Origin: Verrucomicrobiia bacterium | GTDB taxonomy: Bacteria; Verrucomicrobiota; Verrucomicrobiia; Chthoniobacterales; UBA6821 | NCBI GenBank assembly: GCA_040380225.1 | Contig: JBEIJN010000006.1 | Coordinates: 11,434-75,433, forward strand | Reading direction: 5' to 3' | DNA length: 64,000 bases | Part shown: positions 20,478 to 30,522 of the stretch, in pieces | Layout of the letters: each line of letters starts with the position of its first letter | Position numbering within the stretch: position 1 is the first letter of the stretch | Translations under genes and position numbers: made by a program | The notes under the pieces: generated by a model | Told to the model about the DNA's origin: nothing | What the model saw: only the letters and a program-made list of their open reading frames with translations | Databases searched by the model: none

Positions 20478-20918
20478 ATGATGAATAATCAGGAAATCAG
20501 GAAATCAGGAAAAGGTGATGATTTTGCTGACCGTGAACTAAGTGCTAGGGTTATTGAATCGGCGATTCAGGTTCACAAAGCTTTGGGGCCAGGGTTTCTT
20601 GAGTCTTTTTACGAAGAAGCACTGGGTATTGAGCTGACTGAAAAGAGAATCCCCTACGAGAGGCAAAAAACCATACGCATTGACTATAAGGGGCAACCTA
20701 TTGGGGAACATCGTCTGGATCTTTTGGTGGATTACCGGCTTGTCGTGGAACTCAAAACGGTAGCCGAATTAGATTCGATCCACTTTGCGGTTGTTCGTTC
20801 CTACATGAAGGCATTGGGGCTGAACTCGGGGTTGATCCTCAATTTCTCAACGATGCCCCTTACCGTGAAACGGGTTGGTCCACATTCTCCTTCAGTTCCT
20901 GATTTCCTGATTTCCTGA
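20478..20918 (+). CDS. GxxExxY protein (PD-(D/E)XK nuclease fold)
   Basis: VHKALGPGFLESFYEEAL, R.DLLV...VVELK, GLILNF; visibly AT-richer than its neighbours. Confidence 0.92.
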   Translation: MMNNQEIRKSGKGDDFADRELSARVIESAIQVHKALGPGFLESFYEEALGIELTEKRIPYERQKTIRIDYKGQPIGEHRLDLLVDYRLVVELKTVAELDSIHFAVVRSYMKALGLNSGLILNFSTMPLTVKRVGPHSPSVPDFLIS

Positions 20919-20919
20919 T
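20488..20919. mobile_element. Putative element bounded by perfect 24 bp inverted arms (ATCAGGAA)3 / (TTCCTGAT)3
   Basis: Arms at 20488-20511 and 20896-20919 overlap the first and last codons of the GxxExxY gene. Confidence 0.65.
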
Positions 20920-20921
20920 CC

Positions 20922-22091
20922 ATGACTTCCTCCCTCCCTCCCGTCTTTGTCGGTTGCGGATTTGCCGCGAAGTATCCCGAAGGGGGAGGGAATTTCTCCG
21001 TGCCCCTGCAGTACCTGACGGGGCTGAAGCGGCTGGGGTGTCGAGGGGTCTGGTTGGAGGTACTTCAGGAGAGTGGTGACCCGGAAAAGGATGCCCGGTG
21101 TGTCCGGAGTTTTCGCCGCCGGATGGCCTTCTACGGTCTCGAATATTGCCTGCTGCTCCGCCCCCCGCAGATTGGGGGAGGTTCCGAGGAGCATTACCCG
21201 GAAGGGATGCGGGCCTTCGGAATGCCGCTCAAGGAACTCCGAGAACTCGCTCCCCATTCCTTCCTGCTGAATCTCAGCTACTCAATCAAGCCGCCGCTCA
21301 CCAATCTCTTCGGCCGCCGCCTGCTCTGTAGCCTCGATCCGACCGAGGTCCTCTACTGGATGGATCAGATGGAGATGGGGCAGTCCTGCCATGACGAGTT
21401 CTGGTCGATCGGACTCTGCATGGATGCGATCGATCCGCGTCTCCCGAAGCCCATCGTCCCCTGGAAGAGTTACTTTCCCCTCGTCGACACGGAACTTCTA
21501 AAGCCTCAGCCTCAGCCGCGCCCGGCCGGAAAGCCGCGCTTCACGACGATCGGCCAGTGGTATTGGGACGGGAACATCATGATCGGCGGTGAGTGGCGCG
21601 ATTACTCCAAGCAGGCCGCCTTCGCCCCCTACATGGATCTCCCGAAACGGGTGCCCGAGGCGGTCTTCGAGCTTGCGATGAATCTTAATCCCGATGACCC
21701 CGAGCGCCGGCGCCTCCGCTCGCTGGGATGGAAGGTAGCCACCCCGCATGCCCTGACCCGCACGCCTGAGGCCTACTACCGCTATCTGGCGGGGGCCACG
21801 GCCGAGTTCACTGCGGTGAAGCTTGAGGCGATCATGGGAAGTGGCTGGCTGAGCGATCGCGCCGCGGCCTTCCTTGCCCTTGGTCGCCCCGTGGTCACCG
21901 AACCGACCGGTGCCGAGCGCTTCCTCCCGAAGGATTCGGGAATGCTCTTTGTCTCCAACCTTGAGGAGGCGGTTGAGGCCTCGCGCCGTGTGCTGAAGGA
22001 TTGGCCAGCCCTCGCGAAGGCCGCTCGATTCACCGCCGTCGAATGCTTTGACTCCGTGCGTAATCTGCGCCTGATGCTAGGCAATTCCTAG
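20922..22091 (+). CDS. Uncharacterised glycosyltransferase-like (GT-B) protein, paralog of 19280-20461
   Basis: QYLTGLKRLG, FTTIGQW, GWLSDRAAAFLALGRPVVTEPTG. Confidence 0.7.
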   Translation: MTSSLPPVFVGCGFAAKYPEGGGNFSVPLQYLTGLKRLGCRGVWLEVLQESGDPEKDARCVRSFRRRMAFYGLEYCLLLRPPQIGGGSEEHYPEGMRAFGMPLKELRELAPHSFLLNLSYSIKPPLTNLFGRRLLCSLDPTEVLYWMDQMEMGQSCHDEFWSIGLCMDAIDPRLPKPIVPWKSYFPLVDTELLKPQPQPRPAGKPRFTTIGQWYWDGNIMIGGEWRDYSKQAAFAPYMDLPKRVPEAVFELAMNLNPDDPERRRLRSLGWKVATPHALTRTPEAYYRYLAGATAEFTAVKLEAIMGSGWLSDRAAAFLALGRPVVTEPTGAERFLPKDSGMLFVSNLEEAVEASRRVLKDWPALAKAARFTAVECFDSVRNLRLMLGNS

Positions 22092-22093
22092 GC

Positions 22094-23146
22094 TCATGAT
22101 CCTGCCCGGAGTGTGCACCCATCGATCCATGTCGGTTCGATGAGCATGGCTCTCGGTGAGGTGGAGAGAGCAGTCTCGCCTGCGTGGATCATCTGCACCA
22201 GAAGGTCGACCGCGGCGGCTCCCGTGCGGTCATTGTGCTGGTCGACACCCGCCCAGTCACTGCGCTCGGGGCGTGCCTCAAGTTGCACGAGGGCCGTTAT
22301 TTCGGGCACCTTCACGCCGAGTGCCTTCAGCCACTCCTCCACGACATGGTAAAGCGTCAGGATCGCGTCCGGACGATGACGTTTCCACCATGAGATGAAT
22401 TCCGGGGAGGGTTTCGAGTCACCGCCGCGATGATAGAACGGGGGAACCCGGTCGCGTGCGGGGAGCTCACGCTGGGCGATCAGAAACCCCGCGGTGAAGC
22501 GTCCCTGCACGAGTTCATCGATGCCGTGTTCAAGGACCAGTGCGGGACGCCGTCGACCGGAGGCAAGGATCCGTGAGAGGGCGAGTTGGGCGACCGCATG
22601 ATGATCGGCGCAGGCAAACGGTAGCCGGGGATCCTCCGTTCTCACCCCCGTGACGACGCATGGCATGGCGGTCCAGAGCGGGGCCAATGTGGAGGGGAGG
22701 CGGTTGCTCTTCATGAGGCCGGTGAGGATGCACCCCCTCAGTCCCCTGGCCTGCAGGATCCGCAGAAGTCTCTTGCCATCGAGGGATGTGGCCGGCTCGT
22801 TGATCTCATCGAGGATGTAACCGAGGGCCACGGCGCGGGATCTGCACCCCCTCACGTAGGCCGGGATGGTCGGGTGGGAGCGGAAGGCCGAGGGATCCTC
22901 GTTGAGGTTGAGCAGGGCGATGGTCGCCCGCTCCCCTCTCTGTTCACCAATCCTGAGCTGGGACATCAGGTGGGCGACGACCGCATTGCGGCGGTAACCG
23001 ATCCGTTTGGCCGCCTTCTCCACGCGTTGCCGGGTGGCCTTGGGGATGCGGGGATCATGACGCAGTGCCAGCGAGACCGCTGATTTGGTCAGTCCCGTGA
23101 GGGTGGCGATGTCGGCCAGGGAGGGTGGCTTGCGGGGCGCTTTCAT
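22094..23146 (-). CDS. LacI family transcriptional regulator
   Basis: SLADIA..TGLTKSAVSLALR..PRI HTH; divergent from araB. Confidence 0.9.
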   Translation of the reverse strand: MKAPRKPPSLADIATLTGLTKSAVSLALRHDPRIPKATRQRVEKAAKRIGYRRNAVVAHLMSQLRIGEQRGERATIALLNLNEDPSAFRSHPTIPAYVRGCRSRAVALGYILDEINEPATSLDGKRLLRILQARGLRGCILTGLMKSNRLPSTLAPLWTAMPCVVTGVRTEDPRLPFACADHHAVAQLALSRILASGRRRPALVLEHGIDELVQGRFTAGFLIAQRELPARDRVPPFYHRGGDSKPSPEFISWWKRHRPDAILTLYHVVEEWLKALGVKVPEITALVQLEARPERSDWAGVDQHNDRTGAAAVDLLVQMIHAGETALSTSPRAMLIEPTWIDGCTLRAGS

Positions 23147-23206
23147 TCAACTGTCAAGCATCCTGCCCCTTGCCAATCGCGGGGCGCAAGTTTCAACCTT
23201 CCCCTC

Positions 23207-24877
23207 ATGTCCTTCACGATCGGAATCGACTACGGCACCAACTCAGTCCGCGCCCTTGTGGTGCGCTGCAAAGACGGCAAGGAATTCGGAAGTTCCGTCT
23301 TCCATTACCCGAGCGGAAACCAGGGGATCCTGCTCGACCCCAAGGATCATCATCTCGCCCGCCAGCATCCCAGCGACTACCTGCTGGGTCTGGGGAAGTC
23401 GGTCAAGGGTGCGCTTGCCGAGGCAGGGAAGAAGCCCGGCTTTTCCGCCGACCAGGTGATAGGTCTCGGTGTCGACACCACGGGATCGAGTCCGATTCCC
23501 GTCGATCGGAAGAACCGCGCCCTGGCGATGGATCTCAAGTGGAAGCGGAATCTTGCCGCCCAGTGCTGGCTCTGGAAGGACCATACCTCATGGGAGGAGG
23601 CGGCCCGGATCACCGAACTCGCGGCCAAGCATCGTCCCGCGTATATCGCTAAATGCGGCAACACCTATTCCTCCGAGTGGTGGTGGAGCAAGATCTGGAA
23701 ATGCCTCAAGGTCGCACCGAAGGTCTTTGACGCCGCCTATTCGTGGGTTGAGCTTTCGGATTGGATCCCGTCGGTTCTTGCCGGAGTGGAGGATCCGCTG
23801 AAGGTGAAGCGGGGCATTTGCGCCGCGGGTCACAAGGCGCTCTACAGCGACGAATGGGGTGGGTTGCCCGACAAGAAGTTTCTGACAATGCTCCATCCCA
23901 AGCTCGCCTCGCTCCGCGACCGTCTCTATGGGAAAGCCCACGATGCCACGGAGCCGGCCGGCAGGCTTTGCTCCTCATGGGCCGCGACGCTCGACCTTCC
24001 TTCCGCGATTCCGATCGCCATCGGCGAATTCGACGTCCATTACGGGGCTGTCGCGTGCGGTGTCGCCGAGGGGACGCTCGTGAAGGTGATCGGCACCTCC
24101 ACCTGTGACTGTGCTGTCGTCCCGATGACCAAAAAGGTGGCCGATATTCCCGGCATCTGCGGCATCGTGCCGGGAGCGATTCTACCTGGGTTCTTCGGCG
24201 TGGAGGCCGGACAGTCTGCGGTCGGTGACATCTTCAAGTGGTGGGTCGAGGGAATCTGCGGAGGAGACGCGGCCCTGCACGGAACCCTGACCCGGGAGGC
24301 CGTCAAGCTGAAGCCCGGCCAGAGCGGCTTGCTGGCGTTGGACTGGCACAACGGCAACCGCACCATCCTGGTCGATCCTCTCCTGACCGGAGGAATAATC
24401 GGACAGACCCTGCATACCACACGGGCCGAGATCTACCGGGCACTGATCGAGGCGACTGCCTTCGGGGCACGAGCCATCATCGAGCGGATCCGCGAATACG
24501 GTGTTCCCGTCAAGCGGGTCGTCTGCGCCGGAGGCATCGCCGAGAAGAACACTCTCCTGATGCAGATCTACGCCGACATCACCGGTTGCACCATGCAGGT
24601 GGCCGGATCGAGTCAGGCCTGTGCCCTTGGATCGGCCATCTCGGCCTCGGTTCTGGCCGGGGCTCACAAGGACTTTCAGGCGGCGCAGAAGGCGATGGTG
24701 AAGATCAAGCCAAAGGCCTATGTCCCCAATCCCGTCTCGAAGAAGACCTACGACGAACTCTTCGCACTCTACCGTGCATTGCACGACGCCTTCGGCGGCG
24801 TGAACCGCAAGGCCGACCTTTCCGGCGTGATGAAGGAACTCCTCGCCATCAGCAAGAGAAGCCTTGCACGGTCCTGA
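23207..24877 (+). CDS. araB: L-ribulokinase
   Basis: IGIDYGTNSVRA, WKDHT, YSSEWWW.K, LDWHNGNRTILVD. Confidence 0.95.
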   Translation: MSFTIGIDYGTNSVRALVVRCKDGKEFGSSVFHYPSGNQGILLDPKDHHLARQHPSDYLLGLGKSVKGALAEAGKKPGFSADQVIGLGVDTTGSSPIPVDRKNRALAMDLKWKRNLAAQCWLWKDHTSWEEAARITELAAKHRPAYIAKCGNTYSSEWWWSKIWKCLKVAPKVFDAAYSWVELSDWIPSVLAGVEDPLKVKRGICAAGHKALYSDEWGGLPDKKFLTMLHPKLASLRDRLYGKAHDATEPAGRLCSSWAATLDLPSAIPIAIGEFDVHYGAVACGVAEGTLVKVIGTSTCDCAVVPMTKKVADIPGICGIVPGAILPGFFGVEAGQSAVGDIFKWWVEGICGGDAALHGTLTREAVKLKPGQSGLLALDWHNGNRTILVDPLLTGGIIGQTLHTTRAEIYRALIEATAFGARAIIERIREYGVPVKRVVCAGGIAEKNTLLMQIYADITGCTMQVAGSSQACALGSAISASVLAGAHKDFQAAQKAMVKIKPKAYVPNPVSKKTYDELFALYRALHDAFGGVNRKADLSGVMKELLAISKRSLARS

Positions 24878-24913
24878 TCCGGTTCTTCTTCTCACCACGT
24901 ACCGATACTTTTC

Positions 24914-26428
24914 ATGAAAAACATCCCCAACCCCGAAATCTGGTTCCTCACCGGCAGTCAGCACCTCTATGGAGAGGGGCCGCTCCGTCAGGTTGCCGAG
25001 AACTCCAAGGCTATCGTCGACCAACTCAACGCCTCGGGCCGACTCCCTCTGAGGCTTGTCTTCAAGCCCGTCCTGACCCGCCCTGAGGAGATTCGGGCCA
25101 CGCTGCTCGAGGCCAACGGCGCACCCGATTGCGCAGGCATCATCACCTGGTGCCACACCTTCTCCCCTTCCAAGATGTGGATCAACGGCCTGCTCCAGTT
25201 GCGTAAGCCGCTTCTCCACCTCGCCACGCAGTTCAACCGCGATCTGCCCTGGGCCGAGATCGACATGGACTTCATGAACCTCAACCAGGCCGCCCATGGC
25301 GACCGGGAGCACGGGTTCATCCATGCCCGCCTGCGCCTTCCACGCAAGGTGGTCGTGGGCCATTGGAGCGACGGCGAGGTGCAGGACCGCGTCGCCGCCT
25401 GGATGCGAGTCACCCGTGCATGGGCCGACTGGCAGAAGGGCAGGTATGTCCGCTTCGGCGACAACATGCGTCAGGTCGCCGTGACCGACGGAGACAAGGT
25501 CGCCGCGGAGGCCCGCTTCGGGTTTTCCGTGAACACGCACGGTGTCGGGGATCTTGTCGAGGCGATGGAGGCCGTCGACGACGCCTCTGTCGACAGCCTC
25601 TGCGCCGAGTATGCGGAGACCTACGACGTTGCTTCCCCGCTTTGCAAGGGGGGCGACCGCCACGCGATCCTTCGCTACAACGCCCGGCAGGAGATAGGTC
25701 TGCGTTCCTTCCTTGAGCAGGGTGGATTCACGGGGTTCAGCGACACCTTTGAGGATCTGCACGGCCTCTCCCAGTTGCCCGGTCTCGCCGTCCAGCGCCT
25801 TATGGCGGAGGGTTATGGTTTTGCCGGCGAGGGTGATTGGAAAACGGCCGCCGTCGTCCGCGCGATGAAGGTCATTTCGGCGGATCTTCCCGGAGGAGCC
25901 TCCTTCATGGAGGACTACACCTACGAGCTCAACCCCTCGGGTCAGCTGGTGCTCGGATCCCACATGCTGGAGATCTGTCCCTCGATCGCCGCGGAACGGC
26001 CCCGTCTCGAGGTGCATCCCCTCGGGATCGGTGGTAAGGAGGATCCCGCCCGCTTGGTGTTCGATGCCCGTGCCGGCGCGGCCGTCAACGTCGCCCTCAT
26101 GGATCTCGGCAACCGCTTCCGCTTCCTGGTCAACGAGGTTGACGCCATTAAGCCTCCCCACGAACTTCCCAAGCTGCCCGTGGCACGGGCCGTCTGGAAG
26201 TGCCGTCCCGACTTCAAGACAGCCATCGGCGCCTGGATCCATGCCGGAGGTGCCCACCATACCGGTTACAGCTACGCGGTCACCCCCGAACACATCGAGG
26301 ATCTTGCCGAAATCGCGGGAGTGGAGGTGGTGGTCATCGATGCGGAGACAAGGATGAGGGAGTTCCGCCAGCAACTCCGCAACAACGAGATTTACTATCA
26401 TATCGCCCCGGGCCTCGGTCGCGTGTAA
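24914..26428 (+). CDS. araA: L-arabinose isomerase
   Basis: [41 protein letters not shown]. Confidence 0.97.
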   Translation: MKNIPNPEIWFLTGSQHLYGEGPLRQVAENSKAIVDQLNASGRLPLRLVFKPVLTRPEEIRATLLEANGAPDCAGIITWCHTFSPSKMWINGLLQLRKPLLHLATQFNRDLPWAEIDMDFMNLNQAAHGDREHGFIHARLRLPRKVVVGHWSDGEVQDRVAAWMRVTRAWADWQKGRYVRFGDNMRQVAVTDGDKVAAEARFGFSVNTHGVGDLVEAMEAVDDASVDSLCAEYAETYDVASPLCKGGDRHAILRYNARQEIGLRSFLEQGGFTGFSDTFEDLHGLSQLPGLAVQRLMAEGYGFAGEGDWKTAAVVRAMKVISADLPGGASFMEDYTYELNPSGQLVLGSHMLEICPSIAAERPRLEVHPLGIGGKEDPARLVFDARAGAAVNVALMDLGNRFRFLVNEVDAIKPPHELPKLPVARAVWKCRPDFKTAIGAWIHAGGAHHTGYSYAVTPEHIEDLAEIAGVEVVVIDAETRMREFRQQLRNNEIYYHIAPGLGRV

Positions 26429-26441
26429 AAATCATCCCATC

Positions 26442-27152
26442 ATGAATCACCATGACATCCGCGAGGCCTGCTGCGAGGCGAATCGCCGTCTTCCTGCCAC
26501 GGGCCTCGTCGATCTCACCTTCGGGAATGTCAGCGTGATCGACCGCGCCGCAGGAGTGCTTGCCATCAAGCCGAGCGGTGTTGACTACGCCGACCTGACG
26601 CCGGAGCGGATGGTGATTGTCGATCTGGAGGGGAATGTGGTCGAGGGAACGCTCCGTCCCTCTTCCGACACCCCGACCCATCGGAAGCTCTTCCTGGCGT
26701 TCCCTGGAATCGGCTCCGTGGTCCACACGCATTCGCGGAATGCCGTGGCCTTTGCCCAGGCGCTCCGTCCGATTCCCTGCCTCGGCACGACGCACGCCGA
26801 CCATTTCCGGGGTGAGGTGCCCGTCACCCGTCACATGACTCCAGAAGAGATCTCCGGCGACTACGAGTGGGAGACAGGCAAGGTCATCGTCGAGGCTTTT
26901 GCGGAGCGCGATCCGCTTGAAGTGACGGGCGTCCTTGTCGCCGGCCATGGTCCCTTCGCCTGGGGACCCACCGCTTCCAAGGCGGTGGAGTATGCGCTGG
27001 CCCTCGAGATCTGCGCCGAGATCGCCCTCAAGACGCTGGCCTTGAATCCCTCGGTTGGGGAACTCCCCGTGGCGCTGCGTGAGAAGCATTTCCTCCGCAA
27101 GCATGGCAAGGATGCCTACTACGGGCAGACCTACCCCGTTTTCAGCACCTAA
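26442..27152 (+). CDS. araD: L-ribulose-5-phosphate 4-epimerase
   Basis: LTFGNVS, IKPSGVDY, PSSDTPTH, HTHS, GTTHAD, KHFLRKHG..AYYGQ. Confidence 0.96.
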   Translation: MNHHDIREACCEANRRLPATGLVDLTFGNVSVIDRAAGVLAIKPSGVDYADLTPERMVIVDLEGNVVEGTLRPSSDTPTHRKLFLAFPGIGSVVHTHSRNAVAFAQALRPIPCLGTTHADHFRGEVPVTRHMTPEEISGDYEWETGKVIVEAFAERDPLEVTGVLVAGHGPFAWGPTASKAVEYALALEICAEIALKTLALNPSVGELPVALREKHFLRKHGKDAYYGQTYPVFST

Positions 27153-27163
27153 TTCCCCACCCC

Positions 27164-27292
27164 CTGAACACGACCCCCGTCACCCTCGGTTGGTGGGTCA
27201 ACGGGGCCTCGATCTTCGCCTCTAACATCGGATCCGAGCACATCGTCGGCCTTGCCGCGATCATCGCCTCCTATCTCTACTTCAGGGGCTGA
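27164..27292 (+). pseudogene. Collapsed remnant of a sodium:solute symporter (SSS) gene
   Basis: In frame LNTTPVT-LGWWVNGASIFASNIGSEHIVGLA-AIIASYLYFRG*; the middle block is the SSS N-terminal signature. Confidence 0.75.
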
Positions 27293-27295
27293 GCC

Positions 27296-28330
27296 TCAAA
27301 CTTTCTGGCAGTAGCTGACGCCCGCCTCGGCCAGCCAGGCATCTAGGACGGCGGCATTGCCGAGCGAATCCTCCCAGTCCATCTCCGGAGTTTGCTGTCT
27401 CCCCTCGGCAACGGCAAGGGCCACCGCATCGATCTCGAATCCGTAAAGATCATGATCGGGGGTTCCGCTCCGCAGAGTCCGCGTCTCACCCCCCTTCTCG
27501 TTGTGGATCCAGATCTCCGCCTCCCCGGGATAAATGCCCCAGGGGCGGTTCAGGGTGATCGTTCCCAACTCTCCTTCCAGACGGACTTCATTGGTTCCAT
27601 GGAGTTGAAGTCCGCTCTGGATCATGGCGATGAGTCCATCGGAGAATCGCAGGATCGCAGCGGCGGTGAGATCGGTCTTCTCTCCCGGTTCGAGCCGCGC
27701 AAATCCACGGACCTCTTCCGGTTCGGCATGGCGTTTTCCAAAGACTTCCCCGGCCACCATCCGGGCCATCGAGACCCCGTAGCAACCGATATCCAGGATC
27801 GATCCGCCCCCGAGAGCGCGGGCGACCAACCGGTGACTCGGATCATACTCCCCGAGATAGTAACTGAAGGTTGCATGGATCATGCGGATCGGTCCGATCT
27901 CGTCGGATCGGATCAGTTTGCGCAGGGTCTCCGTCTGGGGATGGCAGCGGTACATGAAGGCCTCCATGAAGAAGACCCCGTGCTTTCGCGCCGCGCCGAT
28001 CATCTCCTCCACCTCGGCACGGTTCATGCCTGCGGGCTTCTCGCAGAGGATGTGCTTGCCTGCTTCGGCGCAACGGACGGCCCACTCCCGGTGCATCGGA
28101 TGGGGTGGCGCGATATAGACTGCATCGACCTCGGGGTTTTCCAGAAGGGCCGCGTAGTCGGCATGGGCATGGGGAACGCCGTGCTGTTCGGCAAACTTGG
28201 CGGCATCCTCCGAGGTTCGGCTCGCCACGGCCAAAAGTTGCCCGGACGAGGATTTGGAGAGTGCCTCCGCGAAGCGATGCGCGATCTTTCCGGTGCTGAG
28301 AATGCCCCAGCGGAGTTTGGATGAGGTCAT
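27296..28330 (-). CDS. Gfo/Idh/MocA family oxidoreductase
   Basis: WGILSTGKIA, GKHILCEKP, MEAFMYR.HP, GGGSILDIGCY. Confidence 0.92.
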   Translation of the reverse strand: MTSSKLRWGILSTGKIAHRFAEALSKSSSGQLLAVASRTSEDAAKFAEQHGVPHAHADYAALLENPEVDAVYIAPPHPMHREWAVRCAEAGKHILCEKPAGMNRAEVEEMIGAARKHGVFFMEAFMYRCHPQTETLRKLIRSDEIGPIRMIHATFSYYLGEYDPSHRLVARALGGGSILDIGCYGVSMARMVAGEVFGKRHAEPEEVRGFARLEPGEKTDLTAAAILRFSDGLIAMIQSGLQLHGTNEVRLEGELGTITLNRPWGIYPGEAEIWIHNEKGGETRTLRSGTPDHDLYGFEIDAVALAVAEGRQQTPEMDWEDSLGNAAVLDAWLAEAGVSYCQKV

Positions 28331-28425
28331 CGGGAAAGGAAAAAGGGGGAATGAAAAATGAAGAGGAGCTTCTTGTGGGGGAGATTAAGCAGCCCTGTAA
28401 CTTTAGAACCTTCCCCACTTTCACT

Positions 28426-28836
28426 TCAGATCCCACCCATCTCGATTATCCGCTCGTATTCCCTGGGGGCGATCGGCATCACGCTGAGGCGTGACTGCTT
28501 AATGAGAGAGATCTCCGCGAGGGGCTTCTCCCCCTTGATCTCCTGAAGCGTGACGGGTGAGGGGAGGGGTTTCATGGCGGCCAGATCGACGCAACTCCAG
28601 TCACCCTCCTTGGCGGTCGGATCGGGGTAGGCTTCCTTGACGACCTTGGTTATGCCGCGCACGGAGGGATCGGTGACGCTCTGGTAAAAGAGGACGAGAT
28701 CCCCTTTCTTCATGGCGCGGAGATTATTCCGGGCCTGGAAGTTGCGGACACCTGTCCATGCGGTCTGTTTCTCCCTGATGAGGTCGGCCCACGAGTAGGC
28801 GGAGGGTTCGGATTTGACGAGCCAGTGGTTTGCCAT
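28426..28836 (-). CDS. EVE domain protein
   Basis: WLVKSEP, WTGVRNFQARN, RLSVMP. Confidence 0.93.
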   Translation of the reverse strand: MANHWLVKSEPSAYSWADLIREKQTAWTGVRNFQARNNLRAMKKGDLVLFYQSVTDPSVRGITKVVKEAYPDPTAKEGDWSCVDLAAMKPLPSPVTLQEIKGEKPLAEISLIKQSRLSVMPIAPREYERIIEMGGI

Positions 28837-28934
28837 GGAGGCGTTTTAGCCTGTTTTCCGCCAAAGATCCACAAGGGGTGCAATCCCCTTTTAGCACTTC
28901 AACCCGTGCCTCTTCCCGCTATGATCCTGACCTC

Positions 28935-29588
28935 ATGGCAGGCAAAGGCCTCTTCATCACATTCGAGGGTTCCGAGGGGTGCGGCAAGTCGACCCAGATC
29001 GGACGCCTTGCCGCGCGCCTGCGTGATGCTGGCCGTGAGGTGGTCCTCCTGAGGGAGCCGGGCGGAACCCCGATCGGGGAGCAGATCCGTCATCTGCTCC
29101 AGTATGATGAGTCCGCCGGCGCGATGACACCCGAGGCGGAACTGCTCCTCTTTGCGGCCAGTCGTGCGCAGCTTGTGAGGGAGGTGATCCTACCTGCCAT
29201 GGAGCGCGGGGCCGTGGTGCTGTGCGACAGGTTTTTGGATTCCACGACGGTCTATCAGGGAGTGGCCCGGGCGCTGGACCGACAGGATGTTGCGGCGGTC
29301 AATGCCTTCGCCGTCGGAGGGACGCTTCCCGATCTCACCCTGCTCCTTGATCTCGACGCCGCCGAAGGACGCCGCCGTGCGGCCTCCCGCAAGGGGCCCG
29401 TCGACCGGATGGAGCAGGAGGGGGAGGAGTTCTACGAGGCGGTGAGGCGCGGCTATCTCGAACTCGCCGAGGCGAGCCCCGGTCGCTTTGCCGTGATCGA
29501 TGCCTCGGGCAACGAGGCCTCGGTGGAGAGCCTCATCACGGCCGTACTTGCGGAACGCTTCAACGGGGGGGCTCATGGCATTTTCTAG
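28935..29588 (+). CDS. tmk: Thymidylate kinase
   Basis: FEGSEGCGKSTQ, REPGGT, DRFLDSTTVYQG. Confidence 0.95.
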   Translation: MAGKGLFITFEGSEGCGKSTQIGRLAARLRDAGREVVLLREPGGTPIGEQIRHLLQYDESAGAMTPEAELLLFAASRAQLVREVILPAMERGAVVLCDRFLDSTTVYQGVARALDRQDVAAVNAFAVGGTLPDLTLLLDLDAAEGRRRAASRKGPVDRMEQEGEEFYEAVRRGYLELAEASPGRFAVIDASGNEASVESLITAVLAERFNGGAHGIF

Positions 29589-30516
29589 GGAAGAGGCGTT
29601 CCGGTTGCTCGAGAAGGCCCTCGCCGAGGGGCGCCTCGGCCATGCCTACCTGATCTCCGGCGGGCCCGGGTCGGGTGTCCGGGAATTCGCCAATGAGGTG
29701 GCCGGTCTCTTCCTCGGCGCCGGGGCCATTCATGTGCAGCAGGATCCCGACTTCCATGCGATCGAGCCGGGTTCGAAGTCCCGCCGCATCCTGATCCAGC
29801 AGATCCGGGAACTGGAGGAGGCAATCCACCGCACCCCGGAAAAGGGATCTCGCAAGGTGGCGGTGATCCGCGACGCGGACCGACTCATGGTTCAGGCTGC
29901 CAATGCCTTCCTGAAGACTCTTGAGGAACCCTCGGAGGGATCGCTTCTGCTGCTGACCACGCAACTTCCCGAGGCGCTTCTCGAGACGATCCGCTCCCGC
30001 TGCATCTCGGTGGTGCTCCACTCGGCGCACCGCCCGCCCGCCGGATCGCGCGAGGAGAAGCTCTCGGCGGCGATGCCCCGTTTTTTCGGGCCGGAAGCCC
30101 GAACCGATGCGACTGCGGCCTTCGGCCTGACCAGACTCTTCCGGGATCTGCTGGAGGAGGTCCGCGAGGAGGCCGAGGAGCGGATGAAGGAGGAACTCTC
30201 CGCGGAGAAGGCGCATTTTGGAAAGACAACCGAGGGGGATTTCGAGGCAAGGGAGGAGGCCCTGAAAGCCTCGGCCGAAGCCGACGTGCTCGGGGAGCGT
30301 TCCCTGCTGCTCGGGGTGATGGCCGACTGGTTCGGCGCCTCGCTCAGGAGCTTGCACGGAAGGGGAGGGGCTCCCGACGAGGCGGAGTCGCGCCGGTTGC
30401 TCCGCTGCCTTGAGGCGATCGAAAAGCTCCGGGGAACCCTGGAACGCGGTGTTCAGGAGGGTCTTGCCCTGGAAGCGGGTTTTCTGGAACTCATGATCGC
30501 TTCGCGTCAAGAATAG
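29575..30516 (+). CDS. holB: DNA polymerase III delta' subunit
   Basis: HAYLISG, AANAFLKTLEEP, TIRSRC; follows tmk. Confidence 0.88.
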   Translation: MAFSREEAFRLLEKALAEGRLGHAYLISGGPGSGVREFANEVAGLFLGAGAIHVQQDPDFHAIEPGSKSRRILIQQIRELEEAIHRTPEKGSRKVAVIRDADRLMVQAANAFLKTLEEPSEGSLLLLTTQLPEALLETIRSRCISVVLHSAHRPPAGSREEKLSAAMPRFFGPEARTDATAAFGLTRLFRDLLEEVREEAEERMKEELSAEKAHFGKTTEGDFEAREEALKASAEADVLGERSLLLGVMADWFGASLRSLHGRGGAPDEAESRRLLRCLEAIEKLRGTLERGVQEGLALEAGFLELMIASRQE

Positions 30517-30522
30517 GGAGTC

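Noticed and set aside
23147-23206. LacI operator between the regulator and araB
   Set aside because: No convincing palindrome is visible in the 60 bp spacer.
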